Shown piece by piece: positions 1-8,745 of a DNA stretch of 64,000 bases; position 1 is the stretch's first letter, and the number at the start of each line of letters is the position of its first letter. The stretch is from sequence record NC_026927.1. One strand, 5' to 3'. The notes under the pieces are model-generated. The model worked only from the letters and a program-made list of their open reading frames with translations, had not been told where the DNA came from and searched no databases. A program made the translations under genes and the position numbers.

Positions 1-2
1 GC

Positions 3-428
3 TATTATGGTTCTGGGGATATTGAGAAGTTCCTCAAGGACGTTGATAAGTATTCAATCGGAATGGATGAATGGTTCCATAGGTTCGGAGCACTTCACCA
101 AACAGAAGCAAACTACCCACCCTACAACGTTATTCAGGAGAATGCAGTCTCCTATCGTGTAGAGGTTGCAGTTGCTGGATTTGCAACAAAAGAACTAGAA
201 GTATTCACAGAGAACAACAAACTCTACGTGGAGGGTCAGAAGGAACTGGCGGAACCTAAGGAGGGTGAGTCCTACGTTCATCGTGGAGTGGCTGCAAGGT
301 CCTTTAAGAGGGTCTGGACCATCTCTGATGACGTGGAAGTGAAGGACGTGGAGGTTTCCAATGGTCTCCTCACCATCCGACTCTCTCGTATCGTTCCTGA
401 CCACCAGAAGAGACGTTCCTATCTCTGA
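3..428 (+). CDS. hsp20: small heat shock protein Hsp20 (5'-partial; frame is open from the window edge)
   Basis: alpha-crystallin motifs NYPPYN, VAVAGF, HRGVAARSFKR, NGLLTIRL; frame is open upstream of the called ATG at 63 (YYGSGDIEKFLKDVDKYSIG). Confidence 0.92.
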   Translation, partial: YYGSGDIEKFLKDVDKYSIGMDEWFHRFGALHQTEANYPPYNVIQENAVSYRVEVAVAGFATKELEVFTENNKLYVEGQKELAEPKEGESYVHRGVAARSFKRVWTISDDVEVKDVEVSNGLLTIRLSRIVPDHQKRRSYL

Positions 429-513
429 CCTATATACCAGTGAGACTATTTTCTCCGGGAGTATTGATCTCCCAAATATCGTCGCACCTGGGGGGTCCTG
501 TCACAAAACAGGG

Positions 514-541
514 TTGCCCCCTTTTTGGTGCATGTTATAAT
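514..541 (+). promoter_or_regulatory. putative sigma70-type early promoter
   Basis: TTGCCC-16nt-TATAAT with TG extension upstream of ORF 557. Confidence 0.5.
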
Positions 542-556
542 ATAGTATAAACTAAA

Positions 557-943
557 ATGAACAATGATTATGATAGGGAACTTCCTTCCCCAACCGGATC
601 TACGGGGGCAGTTGAACTAATGATTGAATCTATTGACCAGATGAGCAACAATGATCCAGTAGTAAAACTAGTTCTACTGAAGAATAATGAAACTATTATT
701 GCTGAGGTTCGTGAGAGTATTGATGGAAGTAGTGTTCAGCTCATTGACCCTCGTGTAGTTCTACTACAGGCAGCAAGACCATCTGATGACGGACAGACCA
801 CAACAACTGCCATCTCATATACCGACTGGTTACCTTTGTCTGAGAGTAGAAACTTCACTATTGCTGGTGATTATGTGGTCCTTATCACTGATCCCATTGA
901 AAGTTTAGTAGAAAGTTATACACAGGCACGACAAAATGGATGA
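557..943 (+). CDS. hypothetical protein
   Basis: 128-aa ORF overlapping the next gene; shares a VLIS/AEV-E...L.DP pattern with the next ORF. Confidence 0.7.
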   Translation: MNNDYDRELPSPTGSTGAVELMIESIDQMSNNDPVVKLVLLKNNETIIAEVRESIDGSSVQLIDPRVVLLQAARPSDDGQTTTTAISYTDWLPLSESRNFTIAGDYVVLITDPIESLVESYTQARQNG

Positions 944-1217
944 AACTATTAGAGTATTGGTCTTGACCAATGGAAAAGTCCTTATCAGTAAGATCGAAGA
1001 GATAGGAGGTGCTGATATCGGGGAGCCAGACTGCCGTCTAACCGACCCAGTATGGTATAATGATGAGGTGGGGGAAATGACTGAAGGGTTCAAACGCTTT
1101 CCTGGTAAGGGGATCACACCCGATACCAAGTTGGCCATCTCTTCTGTCAATATCTTGACTCTGGTTACCCCAGATAACAAACTCCTCAGTGAATACCTCG
1201 TGTTTATTAGTGATTAA
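936..1217 (+). CDS. hypothetical protein
   Basis: 93-aa ORF whose stop overlaps the gp43 start (TAATG). Confidence 0.75.
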   Translation: MDETIRVLVLTNGKVLISKIEEIGGADIGEPDCRLTDPVWYNDEVGEMTEGFKRFPGKGITPDTKLAISSVNILTLVTPDNKLLSEYLVFISD

Positions 1218-2692
1218 TGTCTAACAAGTTCTACACCAATGTTCAGCTTTATGGTAACAACATCCTCCTACGCGGGTATGAGAATGGAGAGAAGTTTCAC
1301 ACTAGGGAACAATACTCTCCCACACTATATGTGAGTTCTAAGAAACCTAGTGAGTGGAAAACACTTACTGGTGAGAATGTTCAACCAGTGAAACCCGGAT
1401 CTATTAGAGATTGTAGGGATTTTATCAAGAAGTATAAAGATGTAGAGAACTTTAATGTGTTTGGTAATGAGAGGTTTGCCTTTCAATACATTGCAGACAA
1501 CTATCCTGGGGAGATTGAATATGATCCTCAGTTGATTAATATCTTGAGTTTGGATATTGAGGTTGAGTCTGAACATGGTTTCCCAGATCCAGAGTCTGCT
1601 AATGAGGAAGTACTACTCATTACTATTCAGGACTATGTTACCAAACAAATCATTACTTGGGGTCAGATAAAGCATGGGGAGTTTGATAACCAACAGGATA
1701 ATGTAGATTTCCGTCCCTGTGAGAGTGAGTATCACCTACTGAGTGCCTTTATTCAGTGGTGGCAACAGAACCCACCTGATGTTATCACTGGGTGGAACAT
1801 TGACTATTACGATATTCCATACCTCGTTAGACGTATGAAGAGGGTGTTGGGTGATAAACTAGCAAGCACTATCTCCCCTTGGAAGTTCGTAACAGACGAA
1901 GAGCACTTCTTCAAGGGTATGAATAAACTATATTATAATATCGCTGGTATTACCCAACTAGACTACCTAGTTTTATACACTAAGTTCACATATACGAACC
2001 AAGAGTCATACAGACTAGACCACATTGCTAATGTGGAGTTGGGTCAGCAGAAGTTAGACCACTCTGAGTTTGAAACTTTCAAAGACTTCTACCGAAAAGG
2101 TTGGCAGAAGTTCGTAGAATATAACATCGTTGACGTGGAACTGGTTGATAGGATGGAAGAGAAGTTGAAACTCATTGACCTTGCCATCACTATGGCGTTT
2201 GATGCCAAGGTTAACTTCCAGGATGTATTCTCACAGGTGAGACTATGGGATACTATTATCTATAACTATCTCAGGGATAGGAACATTGTTATCCCTCAGA
2301 AGGAACAGACTAGTAAGAGTGAGAAGTTCGCTGGAGCATATGTAAAAGAACCCAAACCCGGTCTATATGAATGGGTGGTGTCCTTTGACCTCAACTCCCT
2401 GTATCCTCACCTACTAATGCAATACAACATCTCTCCAGAAACATTGATGGAAGAGAGGTGTCCTAATATCTCCATTGAAAAGGTTCTCAATGAAGAAGTA
2501 ACCTTTGAGATGTATAAAGACTATGCTGTTTGTCCTAATGGGGCAATGTATCGCAAAGATGTCCGCGGGTTCCTACCAACCCTAATGGAAAAGATGTATG
2601 ATGAACGAAAGGCGTTCAAACAAAAGATGTTGAAGTCCAAACAAATCCTCGTTGATATCGAGGCTGAAATGAAAAGAAGAGGTGTATTATGA
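1217..2692 (+). CDS. gp43: family B DNA polymerase, N-terminal part (3'-5' exonuclease and motif A)
   Basis: ExoI LDIEV, ExoII GWNIDYYD, ExoIII YNIVDV, motif A SFDLNSLYP; ends in the fingers region with TGA. Confidence 0.95.
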   Translation: MSNKFYTNVQLYGNNILLRGYENGEKFHTREQYSPTLYVSSKKPSEWKTLTGENVQPVKPGSIRDCRDFIKKYKDVENFNVFGNERFAFQYIADNYPGEIEYDPQLINILSLDIEVESEHGFPDPESANEEVLLITIQDYVTKQIITWGQIKHGEFDNQQDNVDFRPCESEYHLLSAFIQWWQQNPPDVITGWNIDYYDIPYLVRRMKRVLGDKLASTISPWKFVTDEEHFFKGMNKLYYNIAGITQLDYLVLYTKFTYTNQESYRLDHIANVELGQQKLDHSEFETFKDFYRKGWQKFVEYNIVDVELVDRMEEKLKLIDLAITMAFDAKVNFQDVFSQVRLWDTIIYNYLRDRNIVIPQKEQTSKSEKFAGAYVKEPKPGLYEWVVSFDLNSLYPHLLMQYNISPETLMEERCPNISIEKVLNEEVTFEMYKDYAVCPNGAMYRKDVRGFLPTLMEKMYDERKAFKQKMLKSKQILVDIEAEMKRRGVL

Positions 2693-2847
2693 GTTTTCGT
2701 CACAAAACATATGGTGGTCTAGTTCATTATGACCACAATGATAAGATTATAGTCATTGAACGTCGATTGAATCCAATGCAACATCACGCTATGCTTGTGA
2801 GTAAGTTGAAGGAAGAGTATCCAGAGTATCAAGTAGTTACTGGATAG
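2689..2847 (+). CDS. small hypothetical protein inside the split gp43 locus (52 aa)
   Basis: own translation MSFRHKTYGG...YQVVTG; ATGA overlap with the gp43 N-part stop and TAGTG overlap with the next ORF. Confidence 0.6.
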   Translation: MSFRHKTYGGLVHYDHNDKIIVIERRLNPMQHHAMLVSKLKEEYPEYQVVTG

Positions 2848-3062
2848 TGAGTGGTTTAGTTGCTGAGATTATGCAAGTCGTTACTATGATTACTATGCTA
2901 TTCAATATGTGCAATAGTAATGAGTTCAACAGACAAGCATGTATGAAAGACTGGGATACTTGGTTATTACCTGAGATATCCCGTGCGTGGCAAATTAAAA
3001 CAGGTCAGGAAGCCCCTTACCAAAACGAGGAAGATGTGGTAGAATGGCACCAACAGCAGTGA
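2847..3062 (+). CDS. small hypothetical protein inside the split gp43 locus (71 aa)
   Basis: GTG start overlapping the upstream stop; hydrophobic N-terminus. Confidence 0.6.
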   Translation: MSGLVAEIMQVVTMITMLFNMCNSNEFNRQACMKDWDTWLLPEISRAWQIKTGQEAPYQNEEDVVEWHQQQ

Positions 3063-3069
3063 GGTTTTT

Positions 3070-4233
3070 ATCGGCTATCTTATCGGTGGAGACTCTGAGG
3101 AGAAGCAGGAGGAGATTGTACAATCAGATAGTGACTATTCTAAACTATCTGATAAGCAACTGCAATACCTAAGAGCACAAACCATAAAGGATATTGCTAA
3201 GTTTTATAACTTCCAGCAAGTAAGGAAAATTACCCTAAACTCCGCTTATGGTGCTTTGGGTAACCAATACTTCAGATACTACAAACTGGCGAACGCGGAG
3301 GCAGTGACCTTCTCTGGTCAGTTAAGTATCCGTTGGATTGAGAATAAGATGAATGGATTCATCAATGAGATTCTAAAAACAGAGGGTAAGGATTATGTGA
3401 TCGCCTCTGATACTGACTCTATCTACATTAACTTTGGTGATGTGGTAGATAAGTTCTTGAAGAAGTTTGATGGTGATAAGGAGAAGACTGTATCAATGGT
3501 AGATAAGATCTGTAAGGATCAACTAGAACCCTTCATTGATAAGTGCTATTCTCAGTTGGGTGAGTATGTGAATGCATACGAACAGAAGATGCAGATGAAG
3601 AGAGAGAATATTGCAGATAGGGGTATATGGACAGCGAAGAAGAGATATATCCTGAACGTGTGGGATAGTGAAGGTGTTCGTTATGAGGAACCTAAACTGA
3701 AGATGATGGGTATTGAGGCTGTGAAGTCATCTACACCTGCCCCTTGTAGAACTATGATCAAGGATGCTCTCCGTATTATCATTGAGAAATCTGAGGATGA
3801 AGTCATTGACTACATTGATGATTGTAGGAAGAAGTTCAAACAGATGAAACCAGAGGAGATCGCGTTTCCTCGTTCCGTTAGTGATATGATCAAGTTTCGT
3901 TCTGGGACAACAATATATGCTAAGAGTACTCCTATGCATGTGAGGGGGGCGTTACTATTCAATCATCACATTAAGAAGGGTGGGTTGGAGAACAAGTATT
4001 CTCTCATCAATAGTGGTGAGAAGATCAAGTTCTGCTACCTCAAGATTCCTAATCTAATTGGTGAGAATGTTATCTCATTCATCTCCGACTTTCCTAGGGA
4101 ACTTAAGTTGGAGAAGTATGTTGATTATGATACCCAATTCAATAAAGCATTCCTAGATCCACTCAAGATCATCTTGGATGCTATTGGTTGGAACTGTGAG
4201 AAGCAGATGTCCTTGGAGTCATTTTTTACCTGA
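3070..4233 (+). CDS. gp43: family B DNA polymerase, C-terminal part (motifs B and C, thumb); start placed at a non-canonical ATC
   Basis: motif B RKITLNSAYGALGNQYFRY begins upstream of the track's TTG at 3256; motif C ASDTDSIY; frame open from 3043; GAGG at 3061-3064 precedes ATC at 3070. Product is certain, start is inferred. Confidence 0.85.
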   Translation: MGYLIGGDSEEKQEEIVQSDSDYSKLSDKQLQYLRAQTIKDIAKFYNFQQVRKITLNSAYGALGNQYFRYYKLANAEAVTFSGQLSIRWIENKMNGFINEILKTEGKDYVIASDTDSIYINFGDVVDKFLKKFDGDKEKTVSMVDKICKDQLEPFIDKCYSQLGEYVNAYEQKMQMKRENIADRGIWTAKKRYILNVWDSEGVRYEEPKLKMMGIEAVKSSTPAPCRTMIKDALRIIIEKSEDEVIDYIDDCRKKFKQMKPEEIAFPRSVSDMIKFRSGTTIYAKSTPMHVRGALLFNHHIKKGGLENKYSLINSGEKIKFCYLKIPNLIGENVISFISDFPRELKLEKYVDYDTQFNKAFLDPLKIILDAIGWNCEKQMSLESFFT

Positions 4234-4261
4234 TATATAAAACCCCCAGAGGAGATCACCA

Positions 4262-4420
4262 ATGGAAAAACAAAATCTAGCGATGGATCTATTCATCGAG
4301 TCTGTAATCAAACCAGACAGTGACCTTAGGGGTCAAGCATCAGAACAGGGTTGTCTAGAAGAACTATTGCAAATCCGTGATGATGTGATAAAATATCTTT
4401 ATAACGAGAGGAAAAACTAG
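4262..4420 (+). CDS. small hypothetical protein (52 aa)
   Basis: own translation MEKQNLAMDLFIESVIKPD...; GAGGAG SD upstream. Confidence 0.65.
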   Translation: MEKQNLAMDLFIESVIKPDSDLRGQASEQGCLEELLQIRDDVIKYLYNERKN

Positions 4421-4423
4421 TTT

Positions 4424-4657
4424 ATGGCATTATCCCAATCAGTGGAGAATTCCCTCAGGGAGGCAAGTTCGTCCCTGAGGAATGCTCTAGCTTTTGCTGC
4501 CAGACAGGAGAGATCACATACCTGTCAGCATATTGCTAAAGTATTAAACGATATTGATCTTATTCAGAGAACGGATGAGATGTTTGATACCCTTGATAGT
4601 ATCAAGGATGGTAAGGGTGGTAGCAACCCATTTGGTAAATTTGGTTTTGATGAATAA
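4424..4657 (+). CDS. hypothetical protein
   Basis: 77-aa ORF coupled to uvsX (TAATG). Confidence 0.7.
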   Translation: MALSQSVENSLREASSSLRNALAFAARQERSHTCQHIAKVLNDIDLIQRTDEMFDTLDSIKDGKGGSNPFGKFGFDE

Positions 4658-5664
4658 TGGATTTCTTAAAGGATATTGTAAATGAAATTGGTGGCGACTT
4701 CACTCAGATTGCCTCAGAGATTGAAGAAAACGAAACATACGTGGACACTGGTTCGTTCATCTTTAATGCTCTTGTATCTGGGTCTATCTATGGTGGTGTA
4801 TCTGGTAACAAGATTACTGCAATTGCTGGGGAAAGTTCTACTGGAAAGACTTTCTTCTCACTCGCCGTGGTCAAGAACTTCTTGGATACTAATCCCGATG
4901 CATATTGCCTTTATTTTGATACTGAAGCTGCAATCAATAGAAACCTTCTTGAGTCACGAGGTATTGACCTTAAGCGGTTGGTTGTCGTCAATGTCGTTAC
5001 AGTAGAAGAGTTTAGGATGAAGGCACTTAAGTGTGTCGATATCTACCAGAAGAAACCAGAAGACGAACGCAAACCTTGTATGTTTGTCCTAGATTCTCTG
5101 GGTATGTTGTCTACAGAGAAAGAGATCAATGATGCTCTGAATGACAAGAACGTTCGTGATATGACTAAATCACAACTCATCAAAGGGGCGTTCAGGATGT
5201 TGACCTTGAAACTAGGTCAGGCTAAGATACCAATGATTGTTACTAACCATACCTATGATGTGATTGGTGCCTATGTTCCTACTAAGGAAATGGGTGGTGG
5301 TTCAGGTCTTAAGTATGCCGCCTCTACTATTATTCACCTCACTAAGAAGAAAGAGAAAGACGGTAAGGATGTTATTGGTAACATTATCAAGTGTAAGACA
5401 GCTAAGTCCAGACTCTCCAAAGAGAATACAGACGTAGGTGTTAGACTATTCTATGATGAACGGGGTTTGGATAAGTACTATGGTCTCCTAGAACTTGGTG
5501 AGCTTGGTGGTATGTGGAAGAACGTAGCTGGTCGTTATGACTTGGGTGATGGTAAGAAGATCTACGCTAAAGAGATACTAAAGGATCCAGAGAAGTACTT
5601 CACCGAAGAAGTTATGGAGAAACTGGATGTTGTTGCTAGGGGAACATTCTCATATGGGTCATAA
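4657..5664 (+). CDS. uvsX: RecA-like recombinase UvsX
   Basis: Walker A GESSTGKT, YFDTE, VLDSLG, MGGGSGLKYAAS; T4-like gene order next to gp41. Confidence 0.95.
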   Translation: MDFLKDIVNEIGGDFTQIASEIEENETYVDTGSFIFNALVSGSIYGGVSGNKITAIAGESSTGKTFFSLAVVKNFLDTNPDAYCLYFDTEAAINRNLLESRGIDLKRLVVVNVVTVEEFRMKALKCVDIYQKKPEDERKPCMFVLDSLGMLSTEKEINDALNDKNVRDMTKSQLIKGAFRMLTLKLGQAKIPMIVTNHTYDVIGAYVPTKEMGGGSGLKYAASTIIHLTKKKEKDGKDVIGNIIKCKTAKSRLSKENTDVGVRLFYDERGLDKYYGLLELGELGGMWKNVAGRYDLGDGKKIYAKEILKDPEKYFTEEVMEKLDVVARGTFSYGS

Positions 5665-5669
5665 ACAAT

Positions 5670-6200
5670 ATGAGTGAGTATATCAAACACTATAGGGGAG
5701 TTCTAACAGATACATCTTGTGATGTTCTGATAGATGCTCTTCTGAGTGTAGATAGAAAGCATATAAAGGAACACCGAACAGATCGTAAAACATTTGATCA
5801 GGTGTTTCTTAATGCTGCAAATATGGATCTGATTCCAGGTATTACTAAAATAGTTGGTAATGTAATCAAACAATACAAGATGGATGTTCCATACTTCACA
5901 CAGTTCTTTCCCAAGGGACTGGAGATTGAAACACCAAAGGTCAAAGGTTACAGTCCTGGAGGACAATTCAAACCACATTGTGATGTAGATGCTACTTCCT
6001 GTCCAAGGTATCTTGCCTTTCTATTTTATCTTAATGATAATTTTACAGGTGGACAAACAGAGTTCTTACCTGGTATAATGGTGGAACCTGTGAAAGGTTC
6101 AGTGGTGGTATTTCCACCCAACTGGCAACACCCTCATTGTGGATTACCAGTGGAGACTGGTAACAAATATATTATGTCAACTTATCTAAGATACGTTTAA
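5670..6200 (+). CDS. 2OG-Fe(II) oxygenase (prolyl-hydroxylase-like)
   Basis: HCD...LFYLND...GGQT...FP..W.HPH.G..V..G.KYI. Confidence 0.9.
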   Translation: MSEYIKHYRGVLTDTSCDVLIDALLSVDRKHIKEHRTDRKTFDQVFLNAANMDLIPGITKIVGNVIKQYKMDVPYFTQFFPKGLEIETPKVKGYSPGGQFKPHCDVDATSCPRYLAFLFYLNDNFTGGQTEFLPGIMVEPVKGSVVVFPPNWQHPHCGLPVETGNKYIMSTYLRYV

Positions 6201-7570
6201 TGGATCGAATTGAGAATTTAATACTAAGATCACTCTCACATAGTGAAGGGTTTTCTAGGAAGGTTATCCCCTTCATCAAACCAGATTATTTCCATGATAA
6301 TGCTGAGAAAGTTCTCTTCGAAGAAATTGCACAATACATTGTCAAGTACAACTCCAATGTTACTGTACAGGCTCTAAGTATTGAGGTAGAACAGAGAACC
6401 GATTTATCTGATAGTGATGTGAAAACTATCAGAACCATCCTAGATGACTTTGATGCGGTTACCGGAACTGATGAGTGGATGATTGATTCCACTGAGAAGT
6501 GGTGTAAGAAACAGGCAATTTACAACGCTCTTATGGAGTCTGTGAGTATTGCCAATGGAGATAGTCAGACTAAGGCTGAAGACGCTATTCCTAGTATCCT
6601 CTCAGAGGCTCTGGGTGTATCCTTTGATAGTAATGTAGGTCACGACTATATCGAGAATGCAGAGGATAGGTGGGAGTACTATCACCAGAAGGAAGATAAG
6701 ATTCCCTTCGATATTGATCTACTCAATGCGATTACTAAAGGTGGATTACCTAACAAGACACTGAATATCGCACTCGCTGGTACTGGTGTCGGTAAGTCAC
6801 TCTTTATGTGTCACGTAGCAGCCTCTAGTTTAATGCAGGGTAAGAATGTTCTATACATCACTGCTGAGATGGCAGAAGAGAAGATCGCGGAACGTATTGA
6901 CTCCAACCTACTCAACGTTAATATCAAGGATCTATCTGAACTACCTAAACAGATGTTTGAGAAGAAGATTGATTCAGTAGCTAAGAAGACACAAGGTTCT
7001 TTAGTTATCAAGGAATATCCCACAGCTTCTGCACACTCAGGACACTTCAAGTCTCTACTTAACGAACTAAAACTCAAGAAGAACTTCACACCAGATATTA
7101 TCTTTATTGATTATCTCAATATCTGTGCTTCCTCTCGTATCAGAGCTGGTGCTAACGCTAACTCCTACACACTAGTGAAGAGTATCGCAGAAGAGATTCG
7201 TGGTCTAGCGGTAGAGTTCAACGTTCCTATCGTGAGTGCTACTCAGACGACTCGTAGTGGGTATGGAAACAGTGACGTGGGTATCACAGATACCTCTGAG
7301 TCTTTCGGTCTTCCTGCAACCGCTGACCTTATGATTGCTCTCATCTCCACTGAGGAGTTGGAGGGACTGAATCAGATTATGGTTAAACAACTTAAGAACA
7401 GATACAATGATCCCACCATCCACAAGCGTTTTGTTGTCGGTATTGACAGAGCTAAGATGCGGTTGTATGACTGTGAGCAGGCAGCTCAGGATGATATTCT
7501 GGATTCTGGTGATACAGAAACCCAGGAAGGTTCTTCTCTGAAGGATAAGTTGGCAAAACTGAGTTTCTAG
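6200..7570 (+). CDS. gp41: replicative DNA helicase (DnaB-like)
   Basis: Walker A AGTGVGKS, IFIDYLNI, SATQTTR, SESFGLPATAD, QLKNRY. Confidence 0.95.
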   Translation: MDRIENLILRSLSHSEGFSRKVIPFIKPDYFHDNAEKVLFEEIAQYIVKYNSNVTVQALSIEVEQRTDLSDSDVKTIRTILDDFDAVTGTDEWMIDSTEKWCKKQAIYNALMESVSIANGDSQTKAEDAIPSILSEALGVSFDSNVGHDYIENAEDRWEYYHQKEDKIPFDIDLLNAITKGGLPNKTLNIALAGTGVGKSLFMCHVAASSLMQGKNVLYITAEMAEEKIAERIDSNLLNVNIKDLSELPKQMFEKKIDSVAKKTQGSLVIKEYPTASAHSGHFKSLLNELKLKKNFTPDIIFIDYLNICASSRIRAGANANSYTLVKSIAEEIRGLAVEFNVPIVSATQTTRSGYGNSDVGITDTSESFGLPATADLMIALISTEELEGLNQIMVKQLKNRYNDPTIHKRFVVGIDRAKMRLYDCEQAAQDDILDSGDTETQEGSSLKDKLAKLSF

Positions 7571-7578
7571 TGTATAAT
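7550..7578 (+). promoter_or_regulatory. sigma70-type promoter
   Basis: TTGGCA(7550-7555)-17nt-TATAAT(7573-7578) with TG extension. Confidence 0.7.
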
Positions 7579-7629
7579 AGTTGTGTTGGGGAGAAAACCC
7601 CAACCTCCTTTGTGATGTGGTGTTTGTTG

Positions 7630-7657
7630 GGGAAGGGGTGGTTCCCTTCCCTTTTTT
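7630..7657 (+). terminator. intrinsic terminator upstream of mazG
   Basis: GGGAAGGG-GTGGTT-CCCTTCCC followed by T6. Confidence 0.75.
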
Positions 7658-7681
7658 ATTGTTTATTGGTATTCAATTATT

Positions 7682-8086
7682 ATGAGCGTAGATTTTTCTA
7701 AGTACGGTGAGTTTGTAGACACAGTAACTAGTGCCCCCTCCAAGGGAACTGGTGAGATGATCGCAGTACTCAAGGACCTTAAGCTTCGTGGAGCACAACC
7801 CGAAAGACTTCTTACTGGTGCAGTTGGTATCTGTGCTGAGGGTGGTGAGTTCATGGAAGTGGTCAAGAAGATGGTATTCCAAGGCAAACCCTATGACCAA
7901 GATAATGTCTGGCATATGAAGCGTGAGTTGGGTGATATTATGTTCTATGTACAAACAGCGTGTATCGCTCTAGGTACCTCTGTTGATGAGATTGTAGAGA
8001 TGAATGTGGAGAAACTAGAAGCACGATATCCAGGTGGTCAATTTAGTGTAGAGAATAGTGAGAACCGAGTAGAGGGTGACTTATGA
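7682..8086 (+). CDS. mazG: MazG-family nucleotide pyrophosphohydrolase
   Basis: AEGGEFMEVVKK...KRELGDIMFYV...NVEKLEARYP. Confidence 0.9.
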   Translation: MSVDFSKYGEFVDTVTSAPSKGTGEMIAVLKDLKLRGAQPERLLTGAVGICAEGGEFMEVVKKMVFQGKPYDQDNVWHMKRELGDIMFYVQTACIALGTSVDEIVEMNVEKLEARYPGGQFSVENSENRVEGDL

Positions 8087-8205
8087 TTGCATCTGATACA
8101 CATAATGAACCCACTGAGTTAATCAGACAAATCAATGATTCAGTGGAACGTGCTAGAATGAAGGAACAAGACGATCAACTAAACTACGACACAGGAGGTA
8201 AATGA
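8083..8205 (+). CDS. small hypothetical protein (40 aa)
   Basis: ATGA overlaps at both ends; own translation MIASDTHNEP... Confidence 0.5.
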   Translation: MIASDTHNEPTELIRQINDSVERARMKEQDDQLNYDTGGK

Positions 8206-8510
8206 TGGACAAACCAATTACAGTTGAGGAATACCAAGAGGCTGGTAAAGAGTTCTGGCCAAAGTATTGGTATGTTGCTAAAGAACTTGGTGAAAACGCT
8301 AAGACTGAAGATGTCCTACATGTTATGGAGTCTCTTGCTGGTGTTGTTATGGTCAACAGAAGCAATGAAAAGAAAGAATACTCTGGTATGATTGGGTTCA
8401 ATAAGTCCCTAGAAGACAACCCATTGGCTTCTGCTACATACCACGGACAACCAGTTACAGAGTGTCCTCCAGGGACTATCTACTGTAACGGTGAATGTTG
8501 TGATCTATGA
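8202..8510 (+). CDS. hypothetical protein
   Basis: GGAGG SD; 102 aa with a Cys-rich C-terminus. Confidence 0.7.
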   Translation: MMDKPITVEEYQEAGKEFWPKYWYVAKELGENAKTEDVLHVMESLAGVVMVNRSNEKKEYSGMIGFNKSLEDNPLASATYHGQPVTECPPGTIYCNGECCDL

Positions 8511-8518
8511 GGTAAATT

Positions 8519-8653
8519 ATGGCTAAAAGAACCTATACTACAAAGTCTGGAGATGTGTTTGAGTGGGAAGAGACCCCTGAAACTACTGCAGCACTCAAAG
8601 CTCTCCACAGACAAGTGGCAGAGACAAAACAGAAGCTTGACAGCACCAAGTGA
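8519..8653 (+). CDS. small hypothetical protein (44 aa)
   Basis: GAGG SD; own translation MAKRTYTTKSGDVFEWEETPE... Confidence 0.6.
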   Translation: MAKRTYTTKSGDVFEWEETPETTAALKALHRQVAETKQKLDSTK

Positions 8654-8665
8654 GTCTGTTATAAT
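8637..8665 (+). promoter_or_regulatory. perfect-consensus sigma70 promoter driving the RNA-gene cluster
   Basis: TTGACA(8637-8642)-17nt-TATAAT(8660-8665). Confidence 0.85.
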
Positions 8666-8670
8666 ATGAG

Positions 8671-8741
8671 AGTTGGGAAGGAAACCCCCCAACTGCGGTG
8701 ACCCCCTTGGTAGTTCAGGGTTAGCGGCGATAGGAACTACC
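8671..8741 (+). ncRNA. candidate structured RNA (5' hairpin plus H-type pseudoknot) preceding tRNA-Arg
   Basis: AGTTGGG/CCCAACT hairpin; GGTAGTTC/GAACTACC stem interleaved with TGACCC/GGGTTA. Confidence 0.5.
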
Positions 8742-8745
8742 ACAA

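Noticed and set aside
2693-3069. Group I intron or intein interrupting gp43
   Set aside because: The gap is filled by two tightly coupled ORFs; I saw no group I core elements, homing endonuclease or intein termini, and both halves carry extra terminal residues typical of a split gene.
3256-4233. Track start of gp43B at TTG 3256
   Set aside because: It would remove the motif B Lys/Asn/Tyr residues that lie upstream in the same open frame.
8692-8741. HDV-like (theta) ribozyme next to the tRNA
   Set aside because: Only 17 nt separate the two strands of the main stem, too few for P3, L3, the P1 3' strand and P4, and the element is 5' rather than 3' of the tRNA.
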